Below are positions 18,590 to 25,758 of a stretch of 25,758 bases of DNA, piece by piece. Source of the stretch: a virus (Duplodnaviria > Caudoviricetes). Under the pieces are notes generated by a model that was not told the origin of the DNA, ran no database searches, and saw only the letters and a list, made by a program, of their open reading frames with translations. The stretch covers positions 1 to 25,758 of the IMG/VR virus record IMGVR_UViG_3300042319_000316; one strand, 5' to 3'. Position numbers and translations under genes: made by a program. Position 1 is the stretch's first letter. The number at the start of each line of letters is the position of its first letter.

Positions 18590-18594
18590 AATAC

Positions 18595-18622
18595 ATAGAC
18601 AGCGCAATAGTGTGCTGTCTAT
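18595..18622 (+). promoter_or_regulatory. 5'-terminal leader hairpin of the early transcript
   Basis: ATAGACAGCGCA-atag-TGTGCTGTCTAT, a 12-bp stem starting at about the predicted +1. Confidence 0.6.
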
Positions 18623-18645
18623 AACACATACAGAAAGACAGCAAA

Positions 18646-18837
18646 ATGTATTATATTATTTACGGCGAGTCTCACCAGCGTAGGGAAACCGTTAAATTTG
18701 ACACCCTTAAAGAACTTGCCCAATATCTCGTTAAAGAATACGAAGAGATTGAAGAGTTGTGTTGTATTGAAGACGAAGATGGTTGGGGCTTCAATGCTGA
18801 AGATTTAGTAAAAGAACATTTAGAGGCTGCAGAATGA
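18646..18837 (+). CDS. Small acidic early protein, 63 aa
   Basis: First ORF after the sigma70 promoter; ATGA-coupled to the next ORF. Confidence 0.7.
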   Translation: MYYIIYGESHQRRETVKFDTLKELAQYLVKEYEEIEELCCIEDEDGWGFNAEDLVKEHLEAAE

Positions 18838-19034
18838 AAGTTATCACAGTGATTCGTGAATATACCACAAGCGAAATTAAAGCAGTTTATCTACATCCAA
18901 CTAAAACAGCCGCCATAAAACAACTGAAAATAGATGGCTGGTGGGATAGCCCAGACTATGCTTACGCTGTCCGCAAACTTACACCTAAACTATTAGAAAA
19001 ATATTCTAAAGAGATATTGGAGGCCGCAGAATGA
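18834..19034 (+). CDS. Small early hypothetical protein, 66 aa
   Basis: GAGG RBS and ATGA overlap at both ends. Confidence 0.7.
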   Translation: MKVITVIREYTTSEIKAVYLHPTKTAAIKQLKIDGWWDSPDYAYAVRKLTPKLLEKYSKEILEAAE

Positions 19035-19195
19035 ACACACAAGAAACACTGATGGAACAGATTCGTCGCCTAAATGAGCAAGAAGCCCGCAAGCACGAAT
19101 TGAAAAAACAGGCAACAATAAATAAGATTAGAGAACTTCGTCGTGCCCAAAGAGAGCAAGAAGAGCTCAATCACAGGGAAAAACATTATGGGTGA
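19031..19195 (+). CDS. Small charged coiled-coil protein, 54 aa (not in ORF track)
   Basis: My translation: MNTQETLMEQIRRLNEQEARKHELKKQATINKIRELRRAQREQEELNHREKHYG. GGAGG RBS and ATGA overlap; it fills the gap exactly. Confidence 0.7.
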   Translation: MNTQETLMEQIRRLNEQEARKHELKKQATINKIRELRRAQREQEELNHREKHYG

Positions 19196-19433
19196 TAGAT
19201 TATTTGTAAATGAGCAAGTCAACGGTTCAAGAACAGCTCAATGGTTTCAGCGTCTAACAGAACAAGACTATGTGGTCTACTGTTTCTGTTGCGGACACGA
19301 AGCAGAGTCAGAGCCGTTCCCCACAGAATACGATGCCGCAGTATGGGCCGCAAGATGGTGCAATCATCAAGAAGAACTTGAAGTATTAGTAGCGGCAGTG
19401 GGTCCAGAAGGTTGTGGTTGCAGTGATCATTAA
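19188..19433 (+). CDS. Cys-rich hypothetical protein, 81 aa
   Basis: Start re-called to ATG 19188 (AGGGA upstream, overlapping the previous stop). Contains CFCCGH, WCNH and CGCSDH. Confidence 0.65.
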   Translation: MGDRLFVNEQVNGSRTAQWFQRLTEQDYVVYCFCCGHEAESEPFPTEYDAAVWAARWCNHQEELEVLVAAVGPEGCGCSDH

Positions 19434-19440
19434 CATCAAC

Positions 19441-19526
19441 TGAGTGACTCCAGTTGTGACAGCGGACTGGGGGTCTCACCCTTGTTCTACCACTTCCCCC
19501 CGTAGTGGTCCGCGAAACGGGGGACC
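19441..19526 (+). promoter_or_regulatory. GC-rich structured leader: hairpin plus H-type pseudoknot
   Basis: Hairpin GACTCCAGTT-gtgacagcg-GACTGGGGGTC. Interleaved stems ACCACT/AGTGGT and CCCCCGT/ACGGGGG. Lies directly upstream of the AAGGA RBS. Confidence 0.55.
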
Positions 19527-19536
19527 TTTAAGGATA

Positions 19537-19746
19537 ATGGCAATGCGAATTCTAATACTTTTAGTAGCAGTAGGTCTAAGTGGTTGTGCCACACCCTTTG
19601 AAATGTATGCTCACTATCTAAACACACAGGACCCTTGTCAAAGCCAAAACAATGGCGGCCGCTATCCCAGCTTCTGTGGAGCAGGTGGGAGCAAGACCTA
19701 CATATACAATAATCAAGGTGCACGAGTTGGCTACACAAAGAATTGA
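19537..19746 (+). CDS. Small lipoprotein, 69 aa (possible superinfection-exclusion protein)
   Basis: Start re-called to ATG 19537. Signal peptide MAMRILILLVAVGLSG-C with an LSGC lipobox, plus two further Cys. Confidence 0.75.
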   Translation: MAMRILILLVAVGLSGCATPFEMYAHYLNTQDPCQSQNNGGRYPSFCGAGGSKTYIYNNQGARVGYTKN

Positions 19747-19765
19747 ACTAGAATGGCGACCCGTA

Positions 19766-20023
19766 ATGGGTTGGTATGAACACAGCGAACTAAAGCCCTA
19801 TGATTACATCACTGAGTGGCAGGCAGCAGATTCTCGCCACGAAATGTTTACCAAAATACGGCACAGCGATGAAATACTGTACGATGGTGGTTGGGGACCA
19901 GAACGATTGCATTGGAATCCTAAACAAGAACAGGGTTGGATTCATTGCACAGAAGCACGGCACAAAGAAATAATGCAATGGATCACTGATACCGTGAATG
20001 AATGTGCTCCAGGAAATGAATGA
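19766..20023 (+). CDS. Hypothetical Trp-rich protein (start uncertain)
   Basis: Fills the gap between neighbouring genes. The track's start at 19652 overlaps the lipoprotein, so ATG 19766 (or a start near 19742) is more plausible. Confidence 0.55.
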   Translation: MGWYEHSELKPYDYITEWQAADSRHEMFTKIRHSDEILYDGGWGPERLHWNPKQEQGWIHCTEARHKEIMQWITDTVNECAPGNE

Positions 20024-20038
20024 TTATTTAGGCACCAG

Positions 20039-20046
20039 AATAAATA
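20039..20046 (+). promoter_or_regulatory. T4-late-like promoter, leaderless gene
   Basis: AATAAATA-acact-ATG(20052), with no RBS. Confidence 0.6.
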
Positions 20047-20051
20047 ACACT

Positions 20052-20348
20052 ATGCCAAGAACAGGAATTAGACCACACACCTGGAAAGTACAGGGAGAAA
20101 TACCGCATCAACAGAACATAGCCTGGTTGAGGGCACAAGCGCAGGCACGATTTCGTAATGAAGTTTGGCTGCTAGACTTTGATGACTTTCAAAGACTTTG
20201 GGCAGGATTATGGCAGTTTCGTGGTCGTGGTAGTGAAGACTATGTAATGACTCGTGATGATCACCAAGGAGCCTGGGTGTTAGGCAATGTATCTGTGACC
20301 CGCAGATATGAATATTTAAAAAGACAAAGAGAGTATAGAGGATATTGA
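20052..20348 (+). CDS. Putative HNH-like/DNA-binding phage protein, 98 aa
   Basis: AQARFR...W.L.F..F..LW...RGR....YVMTR.D..GAW..GNV pattern, recalled from degenerate beta-beta-alpha-Me phage proteins. Start re-called to 20052. Confidence 0.5.
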   Translation: MPRTGIRPHTWKVQGEIPHQQNIAWLRAQAQARFRNEVWLLDFDDFQRLWAGLWQFRGRGSEDYVMTRDDHQGAWVLGNVSVTRRYEYLKRQREYRGY

Positions 20349-20349
20349 A

Positions 20350-20790
20350 ATGGCAAAAAGAACCTATGATCAAAAACTACAGAACATTCTAGATTATGTA
20401 GAGATTACCAACTATCACTGGGATCGCCTCAAAGGTGAGCTACACGATGATGAAGAATTCTGGCAGCACATATTTGGCACAATGACTGATCAAGATTGGT
20501 GGGATTGGGTTGACATCCAACCTGCACTGAAAATACAGTATGAAACTGAATACCGCCGCTGGTATAAACTAGATGAAGGCACCGCAGATATTCACAAGCG
20601 TTTGGCATTTGGCAAGCCCTTGTATAGAAAAGATCAGAAGAATGGCAACAAGGCTGTGTTCCGTGCCTGGATGAATATCAAAGACTTCATCAACGACATC
20701 ACGGGTCAACCTACTACTCAATATACTGCCAAAGACCGTGAGCCTGTGCCAGAACCCACCCCCAAAGAACTACTATTCTCCTTTGAATAA
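20350..20790 (+). CDS. Hypothetical protein, 146 aa
   Basis: GAGGA RBS and tight packing with neighbours; family not recognised. Confidence 0.75.
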   Translation: MAKRTYDQKLQNILDYVEITNYHWDRLKGELHDDEEFWQHIFGTMTDQDWWDWVDIQPALKIQYETEYRRWYKLDEGTADIHKRLAFGKPLYRKDQKNGNKAVFRAWMNIKDFINDITGQPTTQYTAKDREPVPEPTPKELLFSFE

Positions 20791-21011
20791 TGAATGACTT
20801 TCACAACACGGGCTGGGACCCATATCAAGAACTACAGATAGCCAAACACAACATTGGACAATTGATTGTTGGGCATAACAACAATCAAAATTTAATGAAT
20901 GATCTAGTTGAACAACATCGTCAACTAATAGATCTAGTCAAAAGCACTAGACTGCAGGTTGATCTACTTCGCAATGAAGTCAATATGTTAAGAGCACAAA
21001 AAACTCAATAA
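20790..21011 (+). CDS. Hypothetical coiled-coil protein, 73 aa
   Basis: TAATG coupling; WDPYQEL followed by a heptad-rich helix. Confidence 0.7.
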   Translation: MNDFHNTGWDPYQELQIAKHNIGQLIVGHNNNQNLMNDLVEQHRQLIDLVKSTRLQVDLLRNEVNMLRAQKTQ

Positions 21012-21034
21012 ACACACCAGATTTATAGCACGAC

Positions 21035-21042
21035 AATAAATA
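21035..21042 (+). promoter_or_regulatory. T4-late-like promoter, leaderless gene
   Basis: AATAAATA-ttgct-ATG(21048), the same spacing as at 20039. Confidence 0.6.
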
Positions 21043-21047
21043 TTGCT

Positions 21048-21515
21048 ATGAATACAATCATAGACAGCGGTGCCATCACCGCACGACCGCCACAGCCAAA
21101 AACACAAGCAACGGTTGAAGAGCCGCATCAAGATCTAACTAAATTTCCCAAGTGGGAGTATCCTCAACGCAAGGATCCCAAGTGGGGTGAAGTCACCAAG
21201 CAGGGTCTAATTGTAGGCCGTGAAAAGCGTGTGGTGCCACCAGATGAAGTCTATAAACTGGCAGAACTGGGCTGTAATAACAAAGAGATTGCAGAGTGGT
21301 TTATGATCAAGGAAGACACTCTGAACTACAACTTTTGCGATTATCTTACAAAAGCCCGTGCAGGAATGAAACGCCGTTTAAGAGCCGTGCAATTACAAAC
21401 AGCATTGGCTGGCAATGCCACTCTGTTGATATGGTTGGGCAAGCAGTATCTAGGACAATCAGACACACCAGCTAACAGCCAGGATCAAGAAGCCTTACCT
21501 TGGAACGATGAATAA
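21048..21515 (+). CDS. terS: Putative terminase small subunit (HTH), 155 aa
   Basis: HTH-like VYKLAELGCNNKEIAEWF and LIWLGKQYLGQSD motif; lies upstream of TerL. Confidence 0.65.
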   Translation: MNTIIDSGAITARPPQPKTQATVEEPHQDLTKFPKWEYPQRKDPKWGEVTKQGLIVGREKRVVPPDEVYKLAELGCNNKEIAEWFMIKEDTLNYNFCDYLTKARAGMKRRLRAVQLQTALAGNATLLIWLGKQYLGQSDTPANSQDQEALPWNDE

Positions 21516-21547
21516 AAATTAAAACGATATTTGCTACAAGGACACAA

Positions 21548-22675
21548 ATGAAATATCAAATCTTACAGGGCGATAACAGGGAAACCCTTAAAACTATTCC
21601 TGACAATAGTATAGATGCCATCGTCACAGACCCACCCTACGGCATTGATTTTCTAGGTAAAGCGTGGGATGCCAACACTGGAGCACTTGAGACCTATCAA
21701 GAATGCCTGCGTGTGCTCAAGCCAGGCGGACATATACTTGCGTTCAGTGCGGCACGAACCTATCATCACCTTGCAGTTACCCTAGAACAAGCAGGCTTTG
21801 AAATCCGTGATCAGATTATGTGGATCTATTCTAGTGGCTTTCCCAAGAGCCAGGACATTGGTAAAAGCATTGATAGGGCCGCAGGTAAGAAAAACAATTT
21901 AAAAAGACACGATAGTCCCAAGAAAGACAATAACGGATTAGATGTAGGTAGTGGAGTAAAATGTCCTAAATGCCATAAAGATAGTGCCGCTCGTTATGAT
22001 TGTCAAGAAGTTGAATGCGGTATGATCTACAAGGCACAAACACCAGAAGCAGAACCGTGGCTAGGTTGGGGCTCAAGTCTAAAGCCAGCACACGAACCTA
22101 TTGCCCTGGCACGCAAGCCTTTATATAAGAATAATAGTATTGCCAAGAACGCTCAGCAGTGGGGCACAGGTGCTCTCAACATTGATGCTACTCGTGTGCC
22201 CTATGCCAATGACAAAGACAAAGCCAGCATTGACCACAAGGTGCCCACAGCAGCCTGGAGTGGACATACTCTACAGGTAGACAGTTATGAAAAGGGAGAG
22301 TTTGTTAAAGTAGAAACCAACGAACTGGGACGCTTTCCCTCTAATGTTCTAGGTGAGATAGCAGAACCATATCAAAAGTATTTCTACTGCCCCAAGGTCA
22401 GCCGTAGTGAAAGACACATAGATGATAGTGTTGAAAACAATCACCCCACAGTGAAACCCATAGAACTAATGAAGTATCTTATTAAACTGATCACTCCACC
22501 AGGTGGCATAGTGTTGGATCCTTTTAACGGAAGTGGTTCAACAGGCTGTGCCGCAGTGGCATTAGATCACGAATACATAGGCTGTGAGTTAGACCCTGCC
22601 TATGTTGAGATAAGCAAGCGAAGAATAGAAGAATATAACAAGAGCGAAAACAACTTTGATGCATTATTTGAGTGA
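21548..22675 (+). CDS. DNA N4-cytosine/N6-adenine methyltransferase (beta class), 375 aa
   Basis: Catalytic DPPY precedes HPTVKP and the SAM-binding VLDPFNGSGSTG. No adjacent restriction enzyme gene. Confidence 0.92.
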   Translation: MKYQILQGDNRETLKTIPDNSIDAIVTDPPYGIDFLGKAWDANTGALETYQECLRVLKPGGHILAFSAARTYHHLAVTLEQAGFEIRDQIMWIYSSGFPKSQDIGKSIDRAAGKKNNLKRHDSPKKDNNGLDVGSGVKCPKCHKDSAARYDCQEVECGMIYKAQTPEAEPWLGWGSSLKPAHEPIALARKPLYKNNSIAKNAQQWGTGALNIDATRVPYANDKDKASIDHKVPTAAWSGHTLQVDSYEKGEFVKVETNELGRFPSNVLGEIAEPYQKYFYCPKVSRSERHIDDSVENNHPTVKPIELMKYLIKLITPPGGIVLDPFNGSGSTGCAAVALDHEYIGCELDPAYVEISKRRIEEYNKSENNFDALFE

Positions 22676-22836
22676 CACTAGAACAACAACATCTTGTCTT
22701 GGCATTAATCATTGTCAACTATCTGTGGATTCGTCCCTGGCTGACTGGCTTGGTCTGGGACAAGGATGTCATCATAACTCTCACAATAATAATCACGCTG
22801 ACCATACTAGGTCAAGCCTACAATGCCTTTAAGTAA
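22672..22836 (+). CDS. Small two-TM membrane protein, 54 aa (not in ORF track)
   Basis: GTGA overlap with the MTase stop. My translation: MTLEQQHLVLALIIVNYLWIRPWLTGLVWDKDVIITLTIIITLTILGQAYNAFK. Confidence 0.6.
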   Translation: MTLEQQHLVLALIIVNYLWIRPWLTGLVWDKDVIITLTIIITLTILGQAYNAFK

Positions 22837-24058
22837 TGCACAAGATCAAGTGGCCAATGACGCAACACGATTCCGTGTTGTGGTTGCTGGTCGCAGATTT
22901 GGCAAGACACATCTCTCTATTAGAGAACTTTGCAAACACGCCAAGGAACCTGGTCGTGAAGTATGGTATGTGGCTCCAACCTACAAGATGGCCAAACAGA
23001 TTGTGTGGCGTAAACTTAAGAACAAACTACAAGATCTCAACTGGGTAAAGAAAGCAAATGAAACAGAACTCACTCTTCAACTTCGCAATGGCAGTGTCAT
23101 CAGTCTCAAGGGAGCTGATAATTATGATAGTCTACGCGGTGTTGGTCTTGACTTTATTGTGCTTGACGAGTTTGCAGACATTGACCCTGAAGCTTGGTAT
23201 GAAACTCTTCGTCCTACTCTCTCTGACAAGCAGGGCCGTGCTCTTTTTATTGGTACACCCAAGGGCATTGGCAATTGGGCTTATGAGATATATCAGAACA
23301 GCATAGACAATGCAAACTGGCAATCATATTCTTTTACCACCATTGACGGTGGTCGTGTGCCCCCAGAAGAAATAGAAGCTGCCAAGCAGGATCTAGATGA
23401 ACGCACCTTTAGACAAGAATACCTAGCCACCTTTGAAACATTTGCAGGCAGAATCTATTATGGCTTTGACCGTGCTCACAATGTAAAGAGTTGGGACAAA
23501 CCCATTCCTGATGTGGTCTACATAGGTATGGACTTCAACATAGATCCTATGAGTGCAGTCATAGCAGTAAGAGAAGGAGACTCCCTATATGTCATTGACG
23601 AAATCCGCCTGTTTTCTTCTAACACCCAAGAAGCAGTGGCTGAAATTAAAAGCAGATACGGGCGTAGTAAAGTCTTTGTCTATCCAGATCCAGCAGGACA
23701 CCAAAGGAAAAGCTCAGCAAGCGGTGCTACTGACATCACCATCCTGTCTAATGCAGGGTTCGTGGTCAAAGCACCTAGACACCACACTCCAGTGCGAGAT
23801 AGAATCAACGCAGTCAACTCAAGATTGTGCTCAAGTAGCGGCATTAGACAGCTGTATATTGATCCCAAGTGTAAATACACTATTGAAGGACTTGAACGCC
23901 AAACCTACAAAGAAGGAAGCAGCCAGCCAGACAAAGACGGTGGCTACGACCATATGAATGACGCACTAGGTTATATGGTAGATTATCTATTCCCAGTCAA
24001 GCGGGACATAGACCCAGATACAACACTGCCAAGACGCTGGTCACACGCCTTGGCTTAA
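22823..24058 (+). CDS. terL: Terminase large subunit, 411 aa
   Basis: Walker A AGRRFGKT, Walker B FIVLDE, coupling motif IGTP, and nuclease motifs GMDFN and DHMNDALGY. Confidence 0.95.
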   Translation: MPLSNAQDQVANDATRFRVVVAGRRFGKTHLSIRELCKHAKEPGREVWYVAPTYKMAKQIVWRKLKNKLQDLNWVKKANETELTLQLRNGSVISLKGADNYDSLRGVGLDFIVLDEFADIDPEAWYETLRPTLSDKQGRALFIGTPKGIGNWAYEIYQNSIDNANWQSYSFTTIDGGRVPPEEIEAAKQDLDERTFRQEYLATFETFAGRIYYGFDRAHNVKSWDKPIPDVVYIGMDFNIDPMSAVIAVREGDSLYVIDEIRLFSSNTQEAVAEIKSRYGRSKVFVYPDPAGHQRKSSASGATDITILSNAGFVVKAPRHHTPVRDRINAVNSRLCSSSGIRQLYIDPKCKYTIEGLERQTYKEGSSQPDKDGGYDHMNDALGYMVDYLFPVKRDIDPDTTLPRRWSHALA

Positions 24059-24071
24059 ATAGGACACAACG

Positions 24072-25758
24072 ATGAACATAATTGAAACGCTATCAGACGA
24101 ACTTAGTAGACTATTGCAGGGCAATCTACTCTATGACACCTACTTCCCACAGTGGCAATACCTACTACAAAGTTATGTGGGTGGCCAAGAATACAAAGAC
24201 GCACAGCACCTAACCAGATATCAACTGGAAACAGACGGTGAATATCGTGCTCGTATTCGCACAACACCACTTGAGAATCACTGCCAAAGTGTGATATCAG
24301 TGTATAATAGTTTCTTATTCCGTGAAGAACCTGTAAGAGAATTCAACGGGCTTGAATCATTTCCTGAATTAGAAGACTTCTTAAATGATGCAGACTTTGA
24401 TGGTCGCAGCCTCAACGCATTTATGAAAGATGTTGCTACCTGGACATCAGTGTTTGGACACGCTTGGATCATAGTAAGCAAGCCTAATGTGGGTGCTGTC
24501 ACCGTGGCAGATGAACAATCAATGGGTGTTCGCCCATATGTCAGTCTATTGACTCCTATGGTTGTATTAGACTGGGAATACAGTCGTGCACCAAGTGGTC
24601 GTGTGACTCTAAACAAATTAAGATACCTAGAAGAAACCACAGGTGATATCAAGATTGTAAAACTATGGACTCCTGAAACAGTGACTACCACTGTGATAGA
24701 TACCAAGAAAGAAGAGATAGTAGAAGAGATAGTAGAAGTCAATGGCTTGGGAATGATACCTGCTGTGTGTGCCTACAATGGTCGTTCAATCATTCGTGGC
24801 TTTGGCGTTAGTGATATCGCTGACATTGCTGATGCACAAAAGTTTATCTACAATGCCACATCAGAAGTAGAACAATCAATTCGTATGGACAGCCACCCCA
24901 GTCTTGTTGTGACTCCAGAAACCAAAGTAGGCACAGGATCAGGGGCATTGATCCATATGCCAGAGAATCTAGATCCAGGCTTGAAGCCATACCTACTAGA
25001 GTTTGGTGGTGCTTCAATTGATTCAATCTATCAAGCCATTCAACACTCAATAGACTCAATAGACAAGATGGCCAACACAGGTGCAGTTCGTGCCACAGAA
25101 AGCAAGGTTATGAGCGGTGTTGCAATGGAAACAGAATTCCAATTGCTAAATGCACGACTAAGTGAAAAGGCAGATAACCTAGAATTAGCAGAAGAACAAA
25201 TGTGGATGATATGGTGTGCCTATATGGGCACAACCTGGCAAGGTAGCATAGATTATCCAGGCAGCTTCAACATCCGTGACACAGGCAGTGAGATTACACA
25301 ATTACAAACTGCCAAAAACACAGCAACAGATCCTGCAGTTCTACGCAAGATAGATGAACATATCCTAGAATGGATGGGTGAAGAGAAAGAACTTCTACCA
25401 TTCCAAGATCCTAATCCACAACCAGGTAGACTGTATCCTGATGGTGAAGAGATTAATGCCAACTTGCCAGCAGCTTATCAACCTGCTTCAAACCCTGAAG
25501 TTCCACAAGGTGAAAACTGTGGCAACTGTGAATACTACAAGCCAGGTGAACTCTATTGCACCAAGTTTGATGCACCAGTTCGTGCAGTCTACTGGTGTGC
25601 TAAGTGGGAGCCATATGAAGAAATGTCCAGAGTTATGACTGCTGAACTGATGGCACAGATACAAGAAATGATTATGACAGGTATGACCAATGCTGAGATT
25701 ATGGCAGCATTGCCAGGTATCACAGTAGAAGACATTGTGAAAGCGGCTGCAGAGGCAG
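24072..25758 (+). CDS. Portal protein (SPP1 gp6-like) with C-terminal HiPIP-like 4-Cys domain; 3' truncated, not in ORF track
   Basis: I translated an open frame from ATG 24072 (AGGA RBS) to the window end: SYVGGQEY, DADFDGRSLNAFM, FGHAWIIV, LGMIPAV, SGVAMETEFQLLNARLSEKADNLE. Directly follows TerL. Confidence 0.9.
   Translation, partial: MNIIETLSDELSRLLQGNLLYDTYFPQWQYLLQSYVGGQEYKDAQHLTRYQLETDGEYRARIRTTPLENHCQSVISVYNSFLFREEPVREFNGLESFPELEDFLNDADFDGRSLNAFMKDVATWTSVFGHAWIIVSKPNVGAVTVADEQSMGVRPYVSLLTPMVVLDWEYSRAPSGRVTLNKLRYLEETTGDIKIVKLWTPETVTTTVIDTKKEEIVEEIVEVNGLGMIPAVCAYNGRSIIRGFGVSDIADIADAQKFIYNATSEVEQSIRMDSHPSLVVTPETKVGTGSGALIHMPENLDPGLKPYLLEFGGASIDSIYQAIQHSIDSIDKMANTGAVRATESKVMSGVAMETEFQLLNARLSEKADNLELAEEQMWMIWCAYMGTTWQGSIDYPGSFNIRDTGSEITQLQTAKNTATDPAVLRKIDEHILEWMGEEKELLPFQDPNPQPGRLYPDGEEINANLPAAYQPASNPEVPQGENCGNCEYYKPGELYCTKFDAPVRAVYWCAKWEPYEEMSRVMTAELMAQIQEMIMTGMTNAEIMAALPGITVEDIVKAAAEA

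Noticed and set aside
24056-24061. TAAATA before the portal (and AATAAATA at 19117) as late promoters
   Set aside because: The first is largely the terL stop codon running into the RBS, and the second is inside a coding region; either could be chance in AT-rich DNA.
24710-24738. 12-nt tandem repeat in the portal (EEIVEEIVE)
   Set aside because: A low-complexity coding duplication with the frame preserved.
438-25462. All minus-strand ORFs and short nested + strand ORFs in the track (e.g. 3654-3989, 9472-9903, 24278-24742, 25378-25638)
   Set aside because: They are shadows of long + strand genes (including the unlisted portal) and have no recognisable motifs.
1-25758. Alternative genetic code or stop-codon recoding
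   Set aside because: Standard-code ORFs tile the window densely, so recoding is not needed to explain it.

Overview
A ~25.8-kb, AT-rich segment of a tailed phage genome, probably a siphovirus, with every credible gene on the + strand. Gene order: tape-measure C-terminus; tail-tip genes (a J/Tal-like hub split around a 1299-aa adhesin gene); a fibre/adhesin block with LamG domains; a holin-like ORF and a Cys-rich ORF; ~740 bp of non-coding DNA; a stand-alone GIY-YIG nuclease; a consensus sigma70 promoter driving small early ORFs; TerS; a DNA methyltransferase; TerL; and a portal that runs off the window and carries a HiPIP-like 4-Cys domain. The ORF track misses the portal and two 54-aa ORFs. 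The most interesting region is 17376-18543. It holds (i) a ~95-nt cloverleaf sRNA whose loops are complementary to early-gene leaders and to the 5' end of the next RNA, (ii) a ~440-nt pseudoknotted ncRNA candidate, (iii) a primosome-assembly-site-like motif and (iv) the minimal GIY-YIG gene. T4-late-type (T/A)ATAAATA boxes recur across the window, but no late sigma factor or replication gene is visible, which raises a helper-dependent (satellite-like) hypothesis. YCGR and CATG appear to be avoided. All calls come from reading by eye; no database searches or folding programs were run.
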